From the NCBI RefSeq assembly GCF_006345805.1, contig NW_021831991.1, positions 404 through 64,403 of the forward strand: DNA of 64,000 bases. Reading direction: 5' to 3'. Positions 53,282-64,000 of this stretch are shown piece after piece; within the stretch, counting starts at the first letter, position 1, and each line of letters opens with the position of its first letter. This DNA is from Octopus sinensis (Eukaryota). The notes below the pieces were generated by a model. It saw nothing but the letters and a program-made list of their open reading frames with translations, was not told the DNA's origin and ran no database searches. The position numbers were made by a program, and so were the translations under genes.

Positions 53282-54139
53282 CGTGTGAGTGTGTATGTTT
53301 TACTTGTTTCGGTCATTAGGGTGCGCCCATGCTGAAGAACTTTTAGTCTTGAAGAACTTTTAGTCGAATGAATCGTCCCCAGTACTTATATTTTTCTAAG
53401 CCTGGTGTCTATACTATTGGTTGGTTGCCAAACCACTACGGTTCGCGTAAAAACAGTAAAATATAGAACAATGAGAACAAAACAGTAAAAACAAACGATG
53501 AGAGCTGTTAAGTCAAGATGATGGAAAAATTATTCTGAACGCTGTTTACTGTTTTTACTGCTTTTACATTTTATTGTTTTTACTGTTTTGTTCTTACTGC
53601 CCTGTTCTTGTTACCACTTTTTCCCTCCGCAAAAATATCCCAAATTTTATTTAATTTGCTTTGCGGGAAGGATTGTTTCAACGAAGTCGCGTCTTGTCCT
53701 TACATTCGGAAAGCGGAGAAGACGAAACAGGGACAATTGAAGAAGGGGCATATTCCTTGTGTTGTATGTCTTGTATTCTGTTTTTTCCGTTATTTGAAAA
53801 AAAGTTCGATTCTATGTTTTTGTTTTTATGTTTTCGTTTCTCATTGAGTTCAAAGTCCTATACCCATATATATACATATATATATAGGTATGTACATATA
53901 TGTATGTATATATGCATATATGTATATATTACTTATATTATGATATGATGGAACGCCACGCATCCTTTTCCAAGTAAGTTTTATCTATCTATCTATCTAT
54001 CTATCTATCTGTATATATATATTTATTTTTATATATATATATATATATATGTAGGTCCCGGGTTGATTCGGGGTTAACCACAGTAAATAAGGTACTCAAT
54101 ACTTGAATGAAACAGTTCTAGTCCTGTAGAAGCTCCTTC

Positions 54140-54177
<38 letters not shown>

Positions 54178-54764
54178 ATATACATATGTTGTCTATTGAC
54201 TATTTATACATGCTAGGCCACTGGTGGTGATATTTATAACGAATATTCGCCACGCTATAATGTTTCTTATGAATATGTTCTTAGCATTCTCGAAGATTCA
54301 GCTCGGCATTGTATTTATTGCTGACTGTAAATGCGCCTGCGCGCGGTATTTTGAAAAATTATAACATATAATGATGGGGCACGTGTTATCTTGTCTCTGA
54401 ATTATAAGTTAGTTGTTGAGGCCGGTTACTGACGAGAATTCGCCTGGTGGAGAATATTGTTCTGCTAAATTACCTATTAAAGAATGGCAAATAATAATAT
54501 TATTTTCTAAAGAATTTCGAAACCATGGTATAACCGTTAAATAACAAGGTAAATTTTTTTCTTTTTCATTTACTTCGAAAGTTGCTATTAAATTGTGATT
54601 TTGGCCGTGTTGGCTGCTATTTCTAGCATGTAAAAATTACTTGTTAAAGGGTAATTTTCTATTTTGAAATATGAATATGTTGTCTATTGACTATTTATAC
54701 ATGCTGGGCCACTGGTGGTGATATTTATAACGAATATTCGCCACCCTATAGATGTTTCTTATGA

Positions 54765-54799
<35 letters not shown>

Positions 54800-55680
54800 C
54801 GTGTGAGTGTGTATGTTTTACTTGTTTCGGTCATTAGGGTGCGCCCATGCTGAAGAACTTTTAGTCTTGAAGAACTTTTAGTCGAATGAATCGTCCCCAG
54901 TACTTATATTTTTCTAAGCCTGGTGTCTATACTATTGGTTGGTTGCCAAACCACTACGGTTCGCGTAAAAACAGTAAAATATAGAACAATGAGAACAAAA
55001 CAGTAAAAACAAACGATGAGAGCTGTTAAGTCAAGATGATGGAAAAATTATTCTGAACGCTGTTTACTGTTTTTACTGCTTTTACATTTTATTGTTTTTA
55101 CTGTTTTGTTCTTACTGCCCTGTTCTTGTTACCACTTTTTCCCTCCGCAAAAATATCCCAAATTTTATTTAATTTGCTTTGCGGGAAGGATTGTTTCAAC
55201 GAAGTCGCGTCTTGTCCTTACATTCGGAAAGCGGAGAAGACGAAACAGGGACAATTGAAGAAGGGGCATATTCCTTGTGTTGTATGTCTTGTATTCTGTT
55301 TTTTTCCGTTATTTGAAAAAAAGTTCGATTCTATGTTTTTGTTTTTATGTTTTCGTTTCTCATTGAGTTCAAAGTCCTATACCCATATATATACATATAT
55401 ATATAGGTATGTACATATATGTATGTATATATGCATATATGTATATATTACTTATATTATGATATGATGGAACGCCACGCATCCTTTTCCAAGTAAGTTT
55501 TATCTATCTATCTATCTATCTATCTATCTGTATATATATATTTATTTTTATATATATATATATATATATGTAGGTCCCGGGTTGATTCGGGGTTAACCAC
55601 AGTAAATAAGGTACTCAATACTTGAATGAAACAGTTCTAGTCCTGTAGAAGCTCCTTCTATATATATATATATATATATA
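52636..55680 (+). repeat. Near-identical tandem duplication, period 1519 nt
   Basis: ATACATATGTTGTC at 52661 and 54180; GAAGCTCCTTCT ending at 54140 and 55659; differences seen only in homopolymer or microsatellite lengths; (TA)n at the junctions. Confidence 0.95.
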
Positions 55681-56331
55681 CAAACACAACGCACACCTAC
55701 TTACACAAGCACACAAAAATATATACGCTCATACACATATAGATATTCTTCTATTATAAATAATCTGTCTCCTCTCCTAATGGCACTTGAATTCGAACAT
55801 CTAAAATACTAGAATGCAGGTGGCATTTATCAGATATTTCCTGCTCTATTTAGTGTCCTTTGCTCCTAAAGTCCAGGCGAAATTATTGACACAGAAGTAT
55901 AACCAGTTGTGTTTCTACAGACAATGACGTTCATATTTTGTTTTTCCATTCAAACCATACTGTAAATTCGAAATATTTTCCTAGGATTGTATACTATTTT
56001 ATAATTATTGCGTTTGAAATAAATATTTACATATGAATGTGTGTTTATACGTACTTTTGTTTACTCGTATGTAAGAGTTACTAGATTAGAATTTTGATCA
56101 AAATCACACCTTCCAGCATATTTTGGGACGGATAGAATGGATCTCATATTTTATGATCCTGAGTGATCTTCGTTGTGTAAACTAGTGTATATCTTTTCTT
56201 GCAGGGCAAGGCATTATGTTGAGGCTCTTTTAACAGATCCTTCTCAAAGGAAATAAAACTGGACAAGTTTTTGTCCAGTTCAAATAAAATGCACGCAATT
56301 ATGTTAGTATTCATAAATAAATTTGTCTTAC

Positions 56332-56585
56332 CTTTGTTATACCAATAAGGGCAATGTGTGTGCTGTACGAACTTGTTGCGTGTGAAGCACCCATAAGTCC
56401 AGCTAGTACACCCGCTAGACCTTCAGAAAACAGCCCACGGTTAATTGCATGTCTCGGAGGTGGGGGTACGGAGCATAGTATTGAGGCAGCGTAGTAATCA
56501 CCCATAGATTCAATAATTGAATTTATTGTCGACAGGAAAAATCCGAGAAAAATAGCTATTTGAAATTTAGGTGGTCCATACTGAC
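56332..56585 (-). CDS. SLC23A1/2-like: SLC23/NAT transporter exon (QYGPPKF...SIIESMGDYYAAS...PPPRHAINRG...SSYSTHIALIGITK)
   Basis: Acceptor ttttcag, donor gtaaga, 254 nt (phase 1 to 0). TM8 ExxGDY, PPPxHAINRG and NAT signature region; overlaps ORF 56311..56505. Confidence 0.95.
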
Positions 56586-58285
56586 CTGAAAAGTAAGTTC
56601 AAAACAGAATAGAAGAAAATATTATCCCACTTAAGAAACCAATTTCTTACATAGACGTGAATGCTGTCATGAATGTTTTACGACAATAATTCTTGAATGC
56701 TACTCTATGTCATCGACACCGCAAGGATGAAAAGCAAAATTGAGGCCAGTTAGAATTGAACTGAGTAAAGAGTTGTAATTTATGTAAATCAGAACATTTT
56801 GTCCGACTCCCTAATATTTTACAATCTTCCCACCTCTCTTAACTTCATTTTAAGATCTCAGTCATAAAATTGGAACTTTATACATGACAATATGACTTGT
56901 TATGAATTAATTGCTAAGATCTAAATATAAACTTTATTAAACACTATTCTAGTACAGAATAATGTTGCAAGTGACTTGCCTCGAAAATATCGGTTGCCAG
57001 ACATCCACGTTACCGTTTACACTATAATGCAGATATTGATAAGAGGTTTCAATCCAGTTTGTCTACGGATTCATGCACCTTTAAATTAATAGTGACTGTC
57101 CGTTATTGGTATATAGTTAGAATGACTTTTGGTATTTCTTCAGTTGTCTGCATCTAAGTTCAACAGCCACGGAGTCCAAATTTTCCTTGACTTCGCTCAG
57201 GGTTGGTAAAGGAGATATTAGTCTTCTTTCTTTCTTTCTTTCTTAATCAACTACACTGCGCCCTTAGAAGTGTTGTTGGACACCACTCAGTCTACATTTC
57301 CTCAGATATGTAGGAGAATAGAGAGAGCGGCAGAAACCACTTTTCGCATAAAACCTAATATTCCACGACTATAGTTTATAGCAGAGGGACAGGCCGATGT
57401 ACAAGGTATAACGGTAATGTAAAGGCGCTCTGTAATTAAGATAGTATCGCGGCTTTCTAACAGGCGATAACTGCGTAATCCGAGTACCGCTTGTTAGCAT
57501 GTGACACATTTGTGTCTTGAGTCGGCATTTATAATTTTTAATACGAGAAAGAGATGATTTTGTACTTTCTAATGGATTGGACATTTCTCAATATTATAAT
57601 TTAATTGCTAAGATCTAAATACAAGTAGTAGATAACATAAGATCTAAAAATAAATAGTAGGTAACATATGGCAAGCTGGCTTAACATATATGACGGCCTA
57701 TTCTACATTCTGCGTGCTTATAGTTACTATTATGGTCATCTGATCGAAATTTGATCCTGATCAAACTATTTTTCTCTCTGGCTTTACATTATGATCAAAA
57801 CTGCTTCATTAGTAATGTGTACCAAAGAAGAACAAAGAATAGTGACCTGGGAGATGGTAATGGTGAACCAGTTCACCATTATCATCTCTCGTGTCAGTTG
57901 AATCTTCTCGTCAGTGGTGGAGGTTGATTGGCGTCCTGCTGCCTATTCGTACCTCATGTTTGTCCATTTACTTATAAATCTTTCGATCTACTCATGCACG
58001 CTTCAACATGGCAGTGTATTCTGCTAAAAGCCTCCGATGAATTTCAGAAAAAATTAATTGCTGCTCTTTTGTTGTCCTCTGGCGTACATTGCTAATGGAG
58101 CGGCCATGCTTATACTGTAAAGCCATATAGAAAAATGACGCGATCAGGCTCAAATTGTGATCACATGATCACGGTAGTAACAACTATAAGCACGCATGCG
58201 TAGAAGGTAGTATGACAATAATAAAGATATGTTATAGCGAAAGTGCAAATAATTTTTGACTTCCCCACGTATATACATATATATA

Positions 58286-59555
58286 TTGGGTTTTCCGGAA
58301 AGTTCGTACCGATTTACAGTATCTTAAGTTTCGACATATTTTAGAACATGGTTGAGTCCATTAAATAGGATTTAACTACACCTCCATTTAGAGCACAGTT
58401 TAAGCTATCTTTTCATGGAAGAAGGTTTATGTTTCTATAACCTGTGTTAATTCTGTAACCCTTTAAAATGGAAGATGAGAAAGTTCATTTTCAGCATTTG
58501 ATGCTTTTCTTTTTCCGTAAAGGCAAAAATCCCTTACAAGTAACCAAAGAAATATGCGCAGTTTACGGTGTTATTTCTTTATCCGAAAGAACTGTACGGA
58601 AGAGGTTCGCAAGATTCCGAGCTGGAGATTGCAGCATTATTGATAAAAACGATTAGGCTGACTATCCACTACAGATGATGACCAAATCAAGTCATTAATT
58701 GAGAATAACCCGAGAATTGGCAGAAAGCCTAAACCTATCAAAATCCGTCGTTCATGAGCACCTGGTAAAGCTTGGGTACACAAATCGCTACGATGTTTGG
58801 GTACCACATCGGTTGAGTGAGAAGAACCTTTTGGATCGCATTTCCATCTGTGACTGACTTTATAAACGGAATGAAAACGCGCCTTTTTTTAAAAGCAAAT
58901 TGTGACAGGTGATGAGAAAAGGATTTTCTACCAAAAGGTTCAGAGAAAGCAATCCTGGAGTAGCGACATGAGCCACCATTAGCCACCCCAAAAGCGGGTC
59001 TTCATTCTAAAAAAGTCTTGCTTTGTGTCTGGTGGGATTAGAAAGGAATTCTGTACTATGAGCGTCTCCCAAGTAACCAGACAATTAATTCTGAGACATA
59101 CTGCTCACAACTGGACGAGTTAAAAACAGCAATTTAAGAGAAACGTCCAGAATTGGCCAACAGGAAGGGTGTTCTTTTCCAACATGATAAGGCAAGTCCG
59201 CACGTTTCTTTGGGAACCAGGCAAAAAATGCTGCAGCTCGGCTGGGATGTGTTACCCCACCTTCCATATTCACCAGATATTGCTCCTTCGGATTTCCACG
59301 TTTTCAGGTATCTGCAGAATAGCCTTCATGATAAAAATTTCAATTCCTTGGATGACGTAAAAATATACCATGATGAATTCTTTGCCATGAAACCACCTCA
59401 GTTCTGAGAAGAAGGTATTTTCAAGTTATAGGAAAGCTGGATATGCATTGTGCAACACAATGGTTCATATTTGGTTGATTAAAAATATAATGGCAAGTAT
59501 TTATTGATATTTTTCTTTCCTTTAAAAATCGGCACGAACTTTCCGAAAAACCCAA
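58286..59555 (+). mobile_element. Mariner DNA transposon, mellifera-like (D,D34D), defective, in SLC23 intron
   Basis: TIRs TTGGGTTTTCCGGAAAGTTCGTACCGATTT / AAATCGGCACGAACTTTCCGAAAAACCCAA; MEDEKVHFQHLMLFFFRKGKN start, WVPHRL, TGDEK, HDKASPH, PYSPDIAPSDF; several stops and frameshifts. Confidence 0.93.
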
Positions 59556-59557
59556 TG

Positions 59558-59610
<53 letters not shown>

Positions 59611-62600
59611 CATACACACATATACATATACATACGTACACACATACACCACATACACTCACACACGCACACAGATAGATGGACATTCACAATATGTTCA
59701 TGTTTCAGTCATTAAACTGTAGCCATGCTGGGGCACCAATTTCAAGAATTATAGTTCAAACGGATCTACCCAAGCACGTATATTATTTTCTAAGCCTGTT
59801 ACTCTTTTGGTGAAAAACTATGTTGCGAAATACTATGTTGCAACATCGATTCTCAAGCGCACAATATATATATACACACACACACATGCATGTATGTGTG
59901 AAGTGACGCTCATGACAGGTTTTCCTCATCGATCATCGTCTTCTAGGTACAATCCTTCGCTCATAGAGCGCCCGTGTTACTGGAATTATTGTAGCAGATT
60001 TCACGTTGGCTTTTTGGTTCTGTCCATGACAAAATCACAGACTACAGCATGCACGTGATCAGAAATACACAAATTTCACTACTTGTGAAGAAAACACAGT
60101 GATGTCACTCAGCAGATTGCTTCATGAAGTTCATTACTAGTTCTCACTGCGCACGCGATCGTGTGCTACGATCTCTTGGCATTCTACAAAACTAGTCCAG
60201 GAACCTTTTGATACCACCTCGTTATCTTCACATACTAATAGGGTCAGCCAAAAAGTATATAATCCAGTGACAGATAAGTTTATTTTAAAAAATCCAGAAG
60301 TTATATGCGTCTTAATCAGAGACTCTAGTATAATTTACCGCCCACGATTCGGCAGTCAATCAAGCTCAAATATCATGATGAAGAAATATGAGCATAAGTG
60401 AAAATAAGTCTCGAGGAAACAAAAAGAAAACTTTAAAACAAAAGAGTTATAATAGTCGCCGCTCATTAATTCACTAGAAGAATAGGTTGGTTATGTTAAG
60501 GTTGTACATCGAAAATAATTGTGTAGTGGAGTAGTCAAATGGAGGAAAGGCTAAAGTGCGTAGTATTGTGTATCTCTGCCACTGAAATGGAGGTGCATGT
60601 ACCCGTTCGATAACAGAATATGTCGAGGTGCTGACATCTTTAAATTTCTGATCTCGAGTTTAGAAGGTCGGTGCTGTTTTCGCTGTATTAAGTGTGTGCC
60701 TTTTGTCAGATATACAGTCTCCTTGCAATGCAATCTTCCACTTGTTCGTATGTGGTATATTGCTTTGTGTGCTTTCAGATATAGCTTGCTGCTTTGGTGC
60801 TTTTCTTCTTTTCGATTTGCCGGAAAAAAGACTGGTGGTCGGTGTATCTTTTTGTTTTCTTTTTTGAAGTGACTTTCGCAATCCATTGCAATTCTTTCTT
60901 TCGGTTCCCTTATTTGGTAGAACAGAGATAATCTTGGTTTCATAGAAAACTGAGATAATAAGGGATGTCTGGTGTAATGGGCAAGCATCTGTATTGCTGA
61001 CGTTGCAGTGTATACCATGGCAAATGATATTCCTTTTTTTCTTTAATATATTAGGGCAGCAGCTGTTGAAATCATTTACGAAATGTCTATTGGAGATATT
61101 CTAATATCCATGGCTATAACGAAAATATTTATCTACTAAGGTCAGGAATTTCTTTACCTAAATATAATCCTTACATACAAGGAAAACGGTGGGGCGAATC
61201 ATATAATTTCACTAGGTCGATTTTTAGGTTTTGTTCTTAATTGAAGTCTAGGTATGTTACCTTAATTTTAAGGCCACTGTCGACAAGTCATTTATTATAA
61301 AATCAAAATTTTTTCTTGAAGAGAGTTTACAGATTCAACTATTAATGTTAGCTATAATGTTGTAATGGACTACAGTGAATAGCATAATTCTTAGTATATA
61401 TACCTAAGTTTTGAATCTTGTTTATGTTAGAGCCTGTAAGTGTTTAACTCTAGGTCCGGGAACGCATGTAAGAAGTGTACTTTAGTGAGGTTTGTAGCTA
61501 CTGTGATTTTGAGACCTATATAGCTAAAGGCGGATATGAGGTTGTATATTCATGTATATATACGCATAATATGCATATGTACATCATACCTCTATGCACT
61601 CGATGCAATGAAATTGGATAATGTGTATACTATCTACAAGTAAATTTACAGGATCTACATGATTCCATACAAAGTAGTGTATAGAAAGTCTAATGCATAC
61701 AACGTGTCGAATAGTGATTAACATATGGAAATTGAATTGCAACAGTCATTTGAAAAAAGTGCAATGCCTGCGGTAGGAAGTTATTGCAACCGACCTTGGT
61801 TTCATGCGGCATAGTTGTATCTGTGTATGTAGTACATCTACACAATGAGGAAAAGTATAGATACTGGTGTACAAATTTTACTAGCACTGGTGGAAATTTT
61901 AGTAATCAAAAATTAGATGTTGTGAACTCTCTGTTTTTCTTCTATAACTGGGATCACAACAACTATAACTGGTGGTGTAATCGTTTATATAATTTCTGTT
62001 ATATATGGCGCTATCTTGATTTTTGTAAAAGACGTATCTACATTTATAATTTCATAGGTTATCAGATGTCCTACTAAGCTAAACAGCGCTCCATCGCTGG
62101 TATTGTGATACTCCATAGCTGATCGGATGCCCATCTTTGTTACATTTTCTGTTGCATTTTCTGGTGTGCGACACCTTTGCTTTGTGTCTACTGTTCGAAC
62201 TACTCAAATCTGAGCTACATGCCTGGTAACATTGTCTTCTCTGTGTAGGATCATATACACTAACCTCGATTAGGTCCGCCCATTTATATGTCATCGGTCA
62301 AAGTTATACATTGGTCTGGGACGTAATGAAGCAGACACGACAGGAGTTGAAATAGACTCCGTAGAGGATTGCTCTGAAATAATATGTTGGCGACATTTTC
62401 ATGCAGTACTGGGTACTTTTAAAGGCGTATTTGTTGATTGGCCAGAAAAGGGATAACATAGACCGCTGATGAATCCAAGTCTTACCAAGAGAGATGCTAT
62501 TGCTACTGAAGAAATTCTTACATCGATCTTTGAACCAGCAACTGATGGTTTAAGGAAGCAGTGGCAGCAGCTAAGCTGGAGAGAGGCTCAGTTTCCAAAA

Positions 62601-63556
62601 AATTATGCTTCAAATGTGTGGTTTATATCTTCTTCACTGTTGCAACGAATATCACATGGGATATTAGATCAGGCTTAATCACTATTTCGTTATTGCAAGA
62701 TCTTATCTATATAACGATAGACAGGGATGCAGCTTATCAAGTATGTCGGATTGTTAGAGAGGTATTCATAGTTTTTTTTTCGCCTCTGCTGCATAATTCT
62801 CTGCAACTAAGGAGCTTAAGTCTCAAGCGACCCATTTCGTGGCATTACTTGTTTATAAGTCTGAATAAATCCTCGTTTGTTGTTAATAGAAATTATGACG
62901 CCTTACATTGTTCTTAATATATTGCTGTTTCTTTTCTCTAATTTAACGTTTTTGTCTTCATAAAGGCTTTGACGACAAACAGCTATTTTCTCTCTCAACG
63001 TACGCTTAAATCAGATAGAAATTAAAGATAGGAGAAGTAAATTAAAAGAAAGGTCCATTAGAAATAGAGTCGACATCCATTTTGCTGCGAAATTACGACC
63101 ATTTTGCAAGTATAATGAATCAATTGCTCCGTGCATGGCAGTGGGAATTTTTCTATAAGTAATCTGAATAAGAAGAAAATCGCTTGGCTGTAAAAAGTTC
63201 ATTCTTGTATATGGAATTGAAATCTACATTGAAAAATAATAAAACTTATTATCGCTACTGGATTTACATGTATTTATTGTTGCTAACATACTGCGTCTTC
63301 TATATACTTGGCTAGTTGAATATTTCATGTATTGCTGTTCGTAGACTTACCGCTATTAAAATACGAATCTTTTGGCAGATTTCTTTTCCAATATTTCACC
63401 ACTTCCGTTATCTGCTATCTCTATTTACAAGAATTTGCTTATATTGAATTCAAATATATGAAAATTAAATACGTTATATTTTATGTATTATATTTATACT
63501 ATCCTATTTATAGAAACTCTTTTCTTCATGATCAGTATATAAATAAGTTAAAATAC

Positions 63557-63713
63557 CTGGGTAAGGAAAGGAAAACCAGGGTGCTCTGTGTATCAAATCT
63601 ATTTTGGTGTCTGTTCGAGCATTGAAGCTCCTTGAATTCGGGTCCGATGGATAATAATTGGTAACAGTAAAAATGTAACAGAGTATCCAACCAATACTAA
63701 CAGCCAGTAGTAG
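63557..63713 (-). CDS. SLC23A1/2-like: SLC23/NAT transporter, first exon in window (LLLAVSIGWILCYIFTVTNYYPSDPNSRSFNARTDTKIDLIHRAPWFSFPYPG)
   Basis: Not in ORF track; translated by hand. Acceptor tttgtag, donor gtattt, 157 nt (phase 0 to 1). Contains ARTD and PWFxFPYP motifs typical of SLC23. Confidence 0.92.
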
Positions 63714-64000
63714 CTACAAATAAATAATAATAATAATGGATAAGAATTTTTAATATTTGGGCATACACTCTACATTATTCATTATATTTTCCAGCTATGT
63801 TTCTGTGTGTGTGTATGTATGTGAGAGAGAGTGTGAGTGTGTTTGTTAAATGAATGAAAATACATTTAATCAAGTTTATCGAAGAACACGATCATGTTCT
63901 GCATGAGTTTGTATAGACGATTCTATTGATAAAAATGTTATAGACACTCGGGTGTGGGGTAGAATAAATAGGTATAAGAATATATTTAGCGCTTTTTATT

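Noticed and set aside
53608-55467. Duplicated ORFs MLPLFPSAK..
   Set aside because: They lie in the tandem duplication, run into microsatellite and show no recognisable domain.

Overview
This window is eukaryotic, AT-rich, microsatellite-dense DNA. The SINE, LINE and microsatellite landscape looks like an octopus (coleoid cephalopod) genome; that assignment is inferred from repeat recognition, not tested. One host gene is supported: the last five coding exons of an SLC23/NAT (nucleobase-ascorbate transporter) gene on the minus strand (63713 to stop at 44367), all with canonical GT-AG splice sites and consistent phases; its 5' part lies beyond the window. The rest is mostly mobile DNA: a pile-up of Dong/R4-type RLE LINE fragments in (AAT)n tracts (3.2-13.4 kb), three non-autonomous Helitrons, two TA-flanked mariners, an RTE remnant, a 3.4 kb Penelope-like (RT + GIY-YIG) element with a filled/empty site pair, tRNA-derived SINEs, one segmental and one tandem duplication, and three long inverted repeats. 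The most notable signals are (i) several minimal type I hammerhead ribozymes next to (TA)n tracts, including a U3-A8 compensatory core variant (UUGANAA) in two unrelated elements, one forming an inverted pair inside an SLC23 intron, and (ii) an atypical NAT signature motif (T-H-x-A in place of Q/E/P-N-x-G) in the transporter. All alignments and folds were done by eye; coordinates of decayed repeats are approximate.
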